Origin: Pirellulales bacterium
GTDB lineage: Bacteria; Planctomycetota; Planctomycetia; Pirellulales; PALSA-1355
Direction: 5' to 3'
Assembly (NCBI GenBank): GCA_963733035.1
Contig: CAVTBU010000005.1
Location: forward strand, 2,656,001-2,720,000
Length of the DNA: 64,000 nt
The notes under the pieces were generated by a model. It made no database searches and was not told where the DNA came from. It saw nothing but the letters and a program-made list of their open reading frames with translations. Below are positions 1-8,892 of this stretch, piece by piece (the stretch's first letter is position 1; each line of letters opens with the position of its first letter). Made by a program: the position numbers and the translations under genes.

Positions 1-581
1 TGAGAATCGACGTCGACCACAAAGACCCGGGCAAGAATTACGCCATCCCCAAGGACAACCCGTTCGTCGACCGCAAAGACGAGGCCTTGCCTGAGATTTA
101 CGCCTATGGGCTCCGCAATCCCTGGCGGATTTCATTCGACAAGCAAACGGGCACGCTGTGGTGTGCCGACGTCGGGCAGGATCTGTGGGAAGAGATCGAC
201 CTGATCACAAAGGGGGGCAACTATGGCTGGAACGTCCGCGAGGGCGTCCATAAGTTCGGCCCGAACGGCTCCGAACCGCGCCCCGACCTGATTGAACCGA
301 TCTGGGACTACCACCACAACATTGGTAAATCGATCACTGGTGGCCACGTGTATCGCGGAAAGAAACTTCCGCAACTCGACGGCTGCTACCTGTATGCCGA
401 CTATGTGACCGGCAAAGTCTGGGCTCTGAAGTACGACGAAGCCCAAAAGAAAGTCGTGGCAAACTATACGATCCGCGGCAATGTCAGCCCAATCATGTCA
501 TTTGGCGAGGACGAGCAGGGCGAAGCCTACTACACGACGGACGGCGGTTTGATCTATCGCCTGCGGCAGATTCCCAACTAA
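1..581 (+). CDS. PQQ-dependent glucose/sorbosone dehydrogenase family protein, C-terminal part (5' truncated by window)
   Basis: Frame is open from the window edge (RIDVDHKDPGKNYAIPKDNPF...); motifs EIYAYGLRNPWR, DVGQDLWEEI, GGNYGW, SITGG. Confidence 0.88.
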   Translation, partial: RIDVDHKDPGKNYAIPKDNPFVDRKDEALPEIYAYGLRNPWRISFDKQTGTLWCADVGQDLWEEIDLITKGGNYGWNVREGVHKFGPNGSEPRPDLIEPIWDYHHNIGKSITGGHVYRGKKLPQLDGCYLYADYVTGKVWALKYDEAQKKVVANYTIRGNVSPIMSFGEDEQGEAYYTTDGGLIYRLRQIPN

Positions 582-666
582 CGGATGCGGCCGGTAAGAT
601 AGAGCCGGGGGCAGTTGCGCTGTTGCACATGTCATCGACCCGTGCGCTCACCCGTCCAGATTTCCC

Positions 667-1716
667 ATGGCCAGCATTCACGACTTCGACGCAATCGACC
701 GCTGGCGACGCGAGCAGCGGCTCGATCGCCAACCCTTGCGTCGGTTGCGCACCGCGTTCTACAAGAAGTCGCGCGGCGCCGCCGCGGCTCTCGACGAACT
801 ACCTGCCGGCCTGCGTGCTGACTTCGCCAACCGCTTCGAGTTTCATCCGCTCAGGCAACAAAGCCGACACGATTCAAAGCTAGACGGCGCCACGAAGCTC
901 ATTTTTGTCACGGGGCAGGATTCACGACTGGAAAGCGTAATCCTGCGACCCGCGTCGGGACGCACGGCGCTTTGTATTTCGACGCAGGTTGGTTGCGCGG
1001 CCAAGTGCGACTTCTGCGCGACCGGCCGCATGGGCATCGCTCGCAACCTCACGAGCGCGGAGATTCTCGACCAGCTCGTACAAGCCAACGAGCTACTGGC
1101 GGCCGAAGGCCGCTCCGTGCGAAATCTGGTGTTCATGGGCATGGGCGAGCCGCTGCACAACGAGGAGCAACTCCATTCGGCCCTCGAAATGCTCACCGAT
1201 AGCCGCACCTTTGATTTACACCCGAAACGGATCATGATCTCCACGGTTGGGATTCCAGCCGCGATGCTCCGCATGGCGCTGCGCTGGCCCGAGGTGCGGA
1301 TGGCCCTCAGCCTACACAGCGTGCGGCCGGACGTGCGAAGGCAATTGATGCCGATTTCCGAGCGTTATGGATTGACCGAACTGCGCGACGTGCTGGCCGA
1401 ACTCGCGGCGATCCAGAAACAGGCGGTGATGATCGAGTACTTGCTACTAGCCGGCATCACCGATACCGACGACGATTTGCACGCACTCGTCGACTATCTT
1501 CACGGCATCCCAGTGCACATCAACCTGATCCCGTACAATCCAATCGAACAAGCGCCACATCTAAGCGGCAGCTCTCCCGAGCGACGTGTCGAATTCTCGG
1601 CAGCGCTCAAACGGGCGGGCTTTCCTGTCACTACCCGCTATTCGCTGGGGTCCGACGTCGCGGCCGCGTGCGGCCAGCTCGTGCGGACAGAACACCGAAG
1701 GCAGGTGCTGATTTGA
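667..1716 (+). CDS. rlmN: RlmN-family radical SAM rRNA/tRNA adenine C2-methyltransferase
   Basis: CISTQVGCAAKCDFCATG (CxxxCxxC), MGMGEP, SLH, NLIPYN, C-terminal AACGQL. Confidence 0.88.
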   Translation: MASIHDFDAIDRWRREQRLDRQPLRRLRTAFYKKSRGAAAALDELPAGLRADFANRFEFHPLRQQSRHDSKLDGATKLIFVTGQDSRLESVILRPASGRTALCISTQVGCAAKCDFCATGRMGIARNLTSAEILDQLVQANELLAAEGRSVRNLVFMGMGEPLHNEEQLHSALEMLTDSRTFDLHPKRIMISTVGIPAAMLRMALRWPEVRMALSLHSVRPDVRRQLMPISERYGLTELRDVLAELAAIQKQAVMIEYLLLAGITDTDDDLHALVDYLHGIPVHINLIPYNPIEQAPHLSGSSPERRVEFSAALKRAGFPVTTRYSLGSDVAAACGQLVRTEHRRQVLI

Positions 1717-1727
1717 CGACGACTCGC

Positions 1728-3248
1728 ATGCTTCTGCCGCTGGTTGCCGGTTGGATCACCGGCTGCGTGGCGTGCTGGTCGCTTGCATCCGAAGCGCGCT
1801 CGCCAGATAGCGAAATCCTGGTGCTGGCCGCGGCCAGCACGACCGACGCCGTCGAAGAAATCCGTACGGAGTTTGTCCGGCGGAATCCGACGTGGACGGT
1901 GCGCACGAGCTTCGGCGCCAGTTCCGCGCTGGCTCGGCAGATCGTGGCGGGGGCCCAGGCAGACCTATTCTTGACGGCCAGCACCGAGTGGGCGGACCTG
2001 TTGTCGCGCGAAGGACTCGTCGCCAGGCAGCGCGATCTGCTCAGCAATCGATTGGTCGTGATCGTGCCGATCGCGTCCCGGTTGAATATTCGAAAACCCG
2101 ACGATCTGCTGGCAGACGACGTGCAGCGACTGGCACTCGCCGACCCACAGGCGGTTCCGGCCGGCGTGTATGCGCGCGAGGCACTCGAAACGCTTGGTCT
2201 CTGGAAGCAATTGTCACGGCGCGTGGCGGCCGGAGCCAACGTACGGCAGGCCTTGCAATTCGTATCCACGGGCGCGGCGGAGGCCGGCATCGTTTATGCC
2301 AGCGACGCTGCCGCCGATCCGCGGGTACGGGTTGTACTTGAGCTCGATGCGCGGCTATCCGCGCCGATCCGATATCCGGTCGTGTTGCTCAAGCATGCCA
2401 GCGACAATCCGGCCGCCGAAGCGTTTTACGACTTTCTGGCCTCCGCCGACGCAGGCACCATTTTCGAGCGACACGGATTCCTCGCGCCAATTGGCGCACG
2501 CAAAGTACCAAGCGATGCGGCGGCGGATATGGAAACTCCTGCGGTACAGAAGCATTGGTGGTCGTTGACGCGTGACGAATGGCTCGCGCTGGGGCTTAGT
2601 TTTCGCGTGGGGTTGTGTGCCGTTCTCGCAAGCCTCCCACTGGCCACGGCCGTGGGGTACTTTCTCGCCCGCTCAACTGCGCGCGGTAAGTGGCTGCTGG
2701 ATTTGATTGTTAATTTGCCACTCGTGCTGCCGCCAGTCGTCACAGGTTTATTGCTGTTGATCGTATTCGCGCCGGGCGGACCCATCGGAGGGGCGCTGGA
2801 GAATTGGTTCGGCGTGCGGATCGTTTTTACCTGGTTTGGCGCCGCTCTGGCGGCAGCCGTGGTTAGCTTTCCGCTGATGGTGCGGGCAATTCGGCTGGCG
2901 TTTCAGGCTGTCGACCCGCGGCTGGAAATGGCCGCCCGCAGTCTGGGCGCCGGCCGCTGGGATGCCTTCTGGAGCGTGTCATTACCGCTCGCCCGTAGTG
3001 GCGTGCTGGCCGGGTGCGTGTTGGCGTTCGCCCGCAGCCTGGGTGAGTTTGGAGCGACAATCATGGTCGCCGGCAATATTGTCGGACAAACGCAAACGAT
3101 CCCCTTGGCGATTTTCAGTCAGTCAAACCGCCCCGGTGACGAGTTGGCGGTCTGGCGGCTGGTTTGCATTTCAATTGCATTGGCCGCCGCCGCGCTTGCG
3201 GCGAGCGAGTGGCTCGAACGGAGGCACGCCGCGCGTGAATCGGCTTAG
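1728..3248 (+). CDS. modB: Molybdate ABC transporter: substrate-binding domain (ModA) fused in-frame to permease (ModB)
   Basis: N-half: AAAS, FGASSALARQI, VPAGVYA, GIVYASD (ModA). C-half: NLPLVLPPVVTG, EMAARSLGA, FARSLGEFGAT (ModB). No stop between them; ATG at 1728 chosen. Confidence 0.85.
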   Translation: MLLPLVAGWITGCVACWSLASEARSPDSEILVLAAASTTDAVEEIRTEFVRRNPTWTVRTSFGASSALARQIVAGAQADLFLTASTEWADLLSREGLVARQRDLLSNRLVVIVPIASRLNIRKPDDLLADDVQRLALADPQAVPAGVYAREALETLGLWKQLSRRVAAGANVRQALQFVSTGAAEAGIVYASDAAADPRVRVVLELDARLSAPIRYPVVLLKHASDNPAAEAFYDFLASADAGTIFERHGFLAPIGARKVPSDAAADMETPAVQKHWWSLTRDEWLALGLSFRVGLCAVLASLPLATAVGYFLARSTARGKWLLDLIVNLPLVLPPVVTGLLLLIVFAPGGPIGGALENWFGVRIVFTWFGAALAAAVVSFPLMVRAIRLAFQAVDPRLEMAARSLGAGRWDAFWSVSLPLARSGVLAGCVLAFARSLGEFGATIMVAGNIVGQTQTIPLAIFSQSNRPGDELAVWRLVCISIALAAAALAASEWLERRHAARESA

Positions 3249-3939
3249 CTTTCAGGGCACACATCGTTTTGCCAGCGGGTTCGTGGTGGATGCCACATTT
3301 GACGCCGCGGCACGAGTAACCGCGCTTTTTGGTCCCTCCGGCAGCGGCAAAACCAGCATCCTCTACATGATTGCGGGGCTGCTCAGGCCCGACTCAGGAA
3401 CGATTGCCCTCGGCGAGCAGCTTTGGCATGACTCGAAGCGGGCCATCAATCTCCGTCCCGAGGAGCGTCATGTGGGCTTTGTCTTCCAAGACCATTTGCT
3501 ATTTCCACATTTGAATGTCCGGCAGAACTTGATGTATGGTCGAAGACGACGCAAGGCCGCCAGCAAAATCGAACCCAATCGCGTGATCGAGGTTCTCGAA
3601 TTGGGCGAACTGCTCGACCGCGCGCTGCGCAACCTTTCGGGTGGCGAGAAACAGCGCGTCGCCCTGGGACGTTCTCTGCTGAGCGGGCCCGAGTTGCTAC
3701 TAATGGACGAACCGCTGGCCGCGCTCGACGAGGGTCTCAAGGACCGCGTCCTCGCTTACCTCGAGCGAGTCGTCGACGAATGGCAACTACCGACGATTTA
3801 TGTGAGCCACAGCGCGGCCGAAGTGAGCAGACTGGCGGAATATGTACTCGTGTTGCAATCGGGTCGCGTGATTTCCAGCGGCAAGCCTCAAGACGTGCTG
3901 CCGGCGACTTACTCTTCCTCGACGGAACGAGGCGTTTGA
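3235..3939 (+). CDS. modC: Molybdate ABC transporter ATP-binding protein (no C-terminal TOBE/Mop domain)
   Basis: GPSGSGKT Walker A, LSGGEKQRVA signature, LLMDEP Walker B; GTG start overlaps the end of modB. Confidence 0.88.
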   Translation: MNRLSFQGTHRFASGFVVDATFDAAARVTALFGPSGSGKTSILYMIAGLLRPDSGTIALGEQLWHDSKRAINLRPEERHVGFVFQDHLLFPHLNVRQNLMYGRRRRKAASKIEPNRVIEVLELGELLDRALRNLSGGEKQRVALGRSLLSGPELLLMDEPLAALDEGLKDRVLAYLERVVDEWQLPTIYVSHSAAEVSRLAEYVLVLQSGRVISSGKPQDVLPATYSSSTERGV

Positions 3940-5546
3940 TCTGCCGGCGTTGCGGAAGAGTTCTGGGGTGCCGATTTTTGCTCCGGCTGCGGGCGGATAA
4001 AACCCTTCCGCACATGTTCGTCGATGCCGAGCAATTTTGGGTCCTTGGTGTTTTCGCCGACGATGACCGGCAACGGCTGATCGCTAAACCATTCCTTGTA
4101 GGGCAGCTTGCCGGCGGGTGTCGGTTCGGCAAAGAAGCTATTGCCGAAAGAATCCATCCAGAGATCGCTTTCGGGGGAGAGCTTGCCGCCGGTGGTTTCC
4201 AGATGATACTCGATGCCGTACTGCAAGGTGCCATCCAGGTGATCGCCGTGAATTTGACCGGTATAGACATAAATCACACCCTGCCATTCGCTGCCTTTTG
4301 TCGGTTTGCCGAGCGGCGCGTAAGCCACCCAGCGCCACATTGGCTCTAACGTTTCCAGGCGGGTCGGCTCCTGCTCGAGTCGAGATTCCTCGCTTTCCTG
4401 GTGGGTTGTCACCAGCGCAACCGACTCCATTCCCTCGGGCGAAAACAGCAGGTCCGTCGTGCCAGGGGCGCGCTCGATTTCGAAGCGCAGAAAAACGCCG
4501 TCCTCCGGTATCACGTCGCCGACCTTGAGCGGCCGATGTTCTCGGTTGCACAAACTGACACGAAAAATTGACGTCAGATAGTTGCCCCCGTTGAACAGAG
4601 CCTCGTTCCGTTCGCAATTGCCCCGGTAGTAAGTAGCCGAAACATGCTTCGGCCCGTCCATGCGCACGGGCCTGGGCGGCCAACCATAGGCGGAATTGGT
4701 CCAGGGACTAGTGCGCCGACTGTTCTCTTTTTGAAGCTGTGCAATCTGCTTTTCGGCCTGGATGACACGACTCCGGCCTATCGCCGCAAGGATGACAGCC
4801 ACGGCAAGTAAAAGCACCAATAACAACTCACTGGTGCGCACCAGATCGCAAAATCGGCAGAAGGCAGCCAAGCGGCCCGTGGTCCAAGCACGACCGCCAC
4901 GATAGGCCGCGCGCGTTCGCAGCACGACCAGTACCAAAATCAAAAAACCAAGGAATGCCAACAGAAATGGGTACACGTCGTCGTAAACGTCTCGATAGCG
5001 ATCGAACAGCCGACCGAACGATTCTAGCCACCCGGAAAATGGATAAGACGATTCGGCAATCGGCTTGGGCCAGGTCGCGCCTTGCTCCAACCACTGCCGG
5101 ATCGTGTCAATCTCATTCGGTGAAAGCGGTCCGGCATTCTTGGGCATACGGAAGTTTCGGTCGTCCGACGAAACTCGCGCATAGAGTTCGCTGTTTTCGA
5201 GCGTACTGTCCAGAATCGACTTTCCGCTATCACCACCACGCAGCGCGCCCTCGCGAGAATCGAGCCGTAGTCCACCGCTGTGTTTTTCCGCGCTATGGCA
5301 CTTGAGGCAATGCTGCCTCAAAATCAGCTGCACATCCGCAAACGTGACATGCGGAGAATGCTTTGGCACGGATTCTTCGGTTGAATCGAGCCCAGCCCTA
5401 GCCGCCTGATGGTCCCTGTTGGCCGTCCCTTGAATTGTGTCCGTGGTGTTCGTCGTTTGCGCAGCGGCGAGCGCCGCCCAAGCGACGACGCAACATCCCG
5501 CCAGGCGCCCTGCCAGCCCGATGTTTTTCCCTAAGCGCAATTCCAT
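3909..5546 (-). CDS. Membrane protein with N-terminal planctomycete cytochrome c domain, two TM segments and an uncharacterised C-terminal domain
   Basis: Signal-like N-terminus; HCLKCH, GGLRLD, RMP, WLEQGA pattern; hydrophobic segments YPFLLAFLGFLILVLVVL and LLLVLLLAVAVILAAIG. Confidence 0.8.
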   Translation of the reverse strand: MELRLGKNIGLAGRLAGCCVVAWAALAAAQTTNTTDTIQGTANRDHQAARAGLDSTEESVPKHSPHVTFADVQLILRQHCLKCHSAEKHSGGLRLDSREGALRGGDSGKSILDSTLENSELYARVSSDDRNFRMPKNAGPLSPNEIDTIRQWLEQGATWPKPIAESSYPFSGWLESFGRLFDRYRDVYDDVYPFLLAFLGFLILVLVVLRTRAAYRGGRAWTTGRLAAFCRFCDLVRTSELLLVLLLAVAVILAAIGRSRVIQAEKQIAQLQKENSRRTSPWTNSAYGWPPRPVRMDGPKHVSATYYRGNCERNEALFNGGNYLTSIFRVSLCNREHRPLKVGDVIPEDGVFLRFEIERAPGTTDLLFSPEGMESVALVTTHQESEESRLEQEPTRLETLEPMWRWVAYAPLGKPTKGSEWQGVIYVYTGQIHGDHLDGTLQYGIEYHLETTGGKLSPESDLWMDSFGNSFFAEPTPAGKLPYKEWFSDQPLPVIVGENTKDPKLLGIDEHVRKGFIRPQPEQKSAPQNSSATPADQTPRSVEEE

Positions 5547-5688
5547 CCTTCCAATATAGGCAGCCGCCGATAACTTGTCGTCAACTTGAGTCGCCCGGCG
5601 GGGAACTTATACTGATCCTCGATTGAGCCGTCCCGCGGACAGCCGCAGGGCCCGTCCCGAATCGTTTGCACACCCCGAGAGGCACGTC

Positions 5689-6123
5689 ATGAAATTGTGG
5701 GCCATTCTGCCGCTGTTGCTCCTGGTTTCGGCCGATCCGGCCGAGGACAAGTCATTTCAAGCGGACCTGGCAACTCTGCAAGGAACCTGGAAACCAATCT
5801 CGATGGAGATGGATGGCAAGTTGCTACCCGACACGCAAATCGGGAAGATCCGTCTTACGATTGCGGGCGAAAAGTTCACCTTCGACAGCGGCAACGACAG
5901 CCACGAAGGACTTTACAAGATCGACCCAGGCAAAGACCCCAAACAACTCAACATCGTTATCACGCGCGGCGACGAGAAGGGGAAAACGTATCTGGTGATC
6001 TACAAATTGGAAGACGGCAAGATGATTCAATGCATGGAGGTATCGAACGCCCAGCGCCCAGCCGAGTTTACCGGCAAGGCCGGCAGCGGCAACTTGTTGG
6101 AGATTTGGGAGCGCGTGAAATAA
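5689..6123 (+). CDS. TIGR03067-like planctomycete exported protein
   Basis: Signal peptide, DLATLQGTW, YKIDPGKDPKQLNI, IYKLEDGKMIQC, RPAEF. Confidence 0.8.
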   Translation: MKLWAILPLLLLVSADPAEDKSFQADLATLQGTWKPISMEMDGKLLPDTQIGKIRLTIAGEKFTFDSGNDSHEGLYKIDPGKDPKQLNIVITRGDEKGKTYLVIYKLEDGKMIQCMEVSNAQRPAEFTGKAGSGNLLEIWERVK

Positions 6124-6372
6124 CACGGCGCCCGCAAAAACGATTCGCTCCACCCGCTTCGCTCACAGGGTGGCGAGTGCCTGCTTGATGGCACTTCGGT
6201 ATCAAATAGGTTGGCTGGCGTGCGTGCTAGCACAGCATGGTGTGCTGTCGGGCTCTCCTAATTGTATATGACTTAGGTGAACATAAGTTGCTCGATTGCC
6301 CCTACGCGGACGGCAAAGCATTGAAGGCTGCGACTTTGCGGTGCCGCGCACGCGAATTGTGCACCGTCCGTG

Positions 6373-6381
6373 TGCTAGAAT
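6373..6381 (+). promoter_or_regulatory. Possible extended -10 promoter element (TGcTAGAAT)
   Basis: TGCTAGAAT in an AT-rich patch of a 488-nt intergenic region; a second TAGAAT at 6387-6392. Confidence 0.35.
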
Positions 6382-6538
6382 AAATGTAGAATGATCAAAC
6401 GATCAGCCGATCAGTAACGTTGTTGGCAGTGGCCTTGCGGGCAGGCTCGCAATCCGGCGAACAGGTCACCACATGCCCCCCTGATTATCACCACGTGCCG
6501 ATGTGGTTACTGAATATATGGTGCGCTTCGGCGCCCAT

Positions 6539-6581
6539 GAGCCGCACAGCGTTGCTGCCCCGCGCCTGTGCGGTTCTTTTT
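6539..6581 (+). terminator. Rho-independent terminator
   Basis: Stem GAGCCGCACAG (6539-6549) / CTGTGCGGTTC (6566-6576) followed by TTTTT. Confidence 0.7.
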
Positions 6582-6611
6582 GCGCTTAGCTGGATTTTTC
6601 GGCCGCCACGG

Positions 6612-7883
6612 CTAGTCGCGAGCGAGTTGCCCCGCCTTGACGATGCCGTTTTGCATCACGGCGACGAACCGGCTGCGGTCCTCTAGCAACGAGATGTCGG
6701 CGGCGACGTCGCCTTCGACGATCAACAGATCCGCCAGCTTGCCGGTCGCCACGGTGCCAAACTCCTCGCCGCGCCCCATAATCTCCGCGCCGGTTTGCGT
6801 CGCACATTGAATCACTTCCAGCGGCGTGAAGCCGACGTGCTGAACGAAGAACGTCAGTTCCTTGGCATACGTGCCGTGCGGATTCCAGGCAAAACCATAG
6901 TCGCCGCCCATGCCGAGCCGCCCGCCCGCGCGAAGAATCATACGCGCGCTCTCGGCTCCGCCGTCGAGCGTTTCTTGATGACCATCGACGACACGCTGCG
7001 ACATGCCGAAGTCCGGACCGTGCACGATGCTCGCATATTCAAATTGTAGGGCCGGAACGACCGGGGTGTCACGTTCGAGCAGCATGTCGAGCGCTTCGGC
7101 ATCCATGAACGTGCCGTGCTCGAGCGTATCGTATCCGGCCCGCAGTGCGTTCTTGATTCCCTCGGTAGCGCGGCAGTGACCGGTCACCTTTAGTTTGTGG
7201 TTGTGGGCCTCGGCCACCACGGCATGCATTTCCTCGAACGTCATGCACAGCGTGTGATGGTCGTTGGTATCGGGCGCTGCCGCGTCTCCAGTGGGATAGG
7301 TTTTCACCCATTCGATGCCGTCCTTGACCAGCTTGCGAACGGCACGACGACCCTCGTCCGGTCCGTTGATCAGCAACACCAGGCCTTCCATGCCGATCTT
7401 GCGGAAATCCGGATTCCAATCCATCAACCCGCCGAGTCCGCAAATCTCCCTGCCACTGGCCGCCAACCGCGGTCCGGGCAGCAGGTCCTCTTCGATGGCC
7501 TTCTTCAACCAGACATCGATGTTGAACAGGCTGCCGCCGCTCCGCGCGGCCGTATAGCCGCACTCAAGCGCGAGCCGGGCGTTGGTGGCCGCCAACAGCG
7601 TGACGTACTCCACCGGGTACTTGATATCGAGGTCTTCCAGATTCGCCACGTCGAAGTACGTCGGATGGAAATGTGCCTCGACAAGTCCCGGCATGATCGT
7701 GCCGCCGCGGGCATCGATCCGCTTCGCGTCCGGCGGAACATCTGGAATGCCGCGCGCGGAACCGGCGTAGGAAATCGTGCCGTCGCGAATGACTACCGCC
7801 GCGTCGGGTACGGGTGCCGCACCCGTGCCGTCCACGAGTTGACCGTTCTGAATGATCACGGTTTCTTGCGCGGTCTTCATCAT
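6612..7883 (-). CDS. Metal-dependent amidohydrolase family protein
   Basis: IDARGGTIMPGLVEAHFH (HxH), WVKTY, GHC, LEHG, GGDYG, GKLADLLIV. Confidence 0.9.
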   Translation of the reverse strand: MMKTAQETVIIQNGQLVDGTGAAPVPDAAVVIRDGTISYAGSARGIPDVPPDAKRIDARGGTIMPGLVEAHFHPTYFDVANLEDLDIKYPVEYVTLLAATNARLALECGYTAARSGGSLFNIDVWLKKAIEEDLLPGPRLAASGREICGLGGLMDWNPDFRKIGMEGLVLLINGPDEGRRAVRKLVKDGIEWVKTYPTGDAAAPDTNDHHTLCMTFEEMHAVVAEAHNHKLKVTGHCRATEGIKNALRAGYDTLEHGTFMDAEALDMLLERDTPVVPALQFEYASIVHGPDFGMSQRVVDGHQETLDGGAESARMILRAGGRLGMGGDYGFAWNPHGTYAKELTFFVQHVGFTPLEVIQCATQTGAEIMGRGEEFGTVATGKLADLLIVEGDVAADISLLEDRSRFVAVMQNGIVKAGQLARD

Positions 7884-7911
7884 CTGCGAACCTTATGCCG
7901 TTCCGTCGCAC

Positions 7912-8790
7912 TCATGTATGAAATGCGCGTTCGTCGAGCGCGATCGAATCCAAGAACTCGCGAACCACGCGGAGCGTCCGCTCGGGCAGTAAGCCATGAA
8001 TCAAGTGTCCGATGTCGTCCCAAGGCATGCGTAAGCAATCGGGGATCAGGCTTGTCAGTTCGTCTCCGGCTTCGGCACTAACCATCCCTCCCTGCTCGAC
8101 GTTGCCCTGCAAGAGCAGGATCGGACAACGGATTTTGGGCAGCAAACTCCGGTAGTTCAAATCCTCCAGCCAACGCCCTTCGAGAATGGGATCCCAAACG
8201 GTCGGGTCGACCCGCTTGAGGCACGCGGCACCGAAGCGAATGGACGTTGCGTCGCGCAGGTCGCCAAGAGGCACGCCCTCCGGCGAACCGGCCGCCGGAA
8301 GTCGCGCTTCAGCCAATATGCGCGACAGTTCGCGCACACTCCGTTCCGAACCGCTTACCGAGCGCATTAGCGTGAACAATGCGTGAAATGGCGTATCGTC
8401 GGCACCGGGCGCAAATAGTTTGTACGGGGGATCCTCCAGGATCGCGCCTCGCACTTGCCGACTTTGCTCCGCTGCGACGATACCCGCTACCATTGCCCCC
8501 AGCGAGTGGCCGTACAGCAGCAGCGGCTTGTCAATGTGCTGAATGACGGCGACCGCATCGCGCACATAGTCGGACACCAGATACTTTTCCGGTGTGCGCG
8601 CCGAGAGGCCATGCCCGCGAAAGTCGAGCGCGAACACTTGCCAGCAAGGCGCGAGAGCGGACATCAGACCGCTAAAGTCCCGCCACGCGCGCCCTACCCC
8701 GTGCAGAAATAGCAGGGGCGGACCGTTTTCAGGCCCTTGGGCAACCTGAAGCGCACCGTCGGGGCCGGTGACTTGCTGCTGGTGGAACAT
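7912..8790 (-). CDS. Alpha/beta fold hydrolase
   Basis: LLFLHG, ALDFRGHG, GHSLG nucleophile elbow, C-terminal GHLIH. Confidence 0.9.
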   Translation of the reverse strand: MFHQQQVTGPDGALQVAQGPENGPPLLFLHGVGRAWRDFSGLMSALAPCWQVFALDFRGHGLSARTPEKYLVSDYVRDAVAVIQHIDKPLLLYGHSLGAMVAGIVAAEQSRQVRGAILEDPPYKLFAPGADDTPFHALFTLMRSVSGSERSVRELSRILAEARLPAAGSPEGVPLGDLRDATSIRFGAACLKRVDPTVWDPILEGRWLEDLNYRSLLPKIRCPILLLQGNVEQGGMVSAEAGDELTSLIPDCLRMPWDDIGHLIHGLLPERTLRVVREFLDSIALDERAFHT

Positions 8791-8892
8791 GACGCCTTGG
8801 TTGCACCGCGCGGGCCGTCGTTATTCTGCAATTCTCGCCGCCCGCCTTGGGCAAAGCTTGCAGCCCAGCCAATCTAAGTGAGCCCTCCGGCC

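Noticed and set aside
667..1716. Cfr-type antibiotic resistance methyltransferase
   Set aside because: It has the RlmN-type MGMGEP motif and a chromosomal, non-mobile context.
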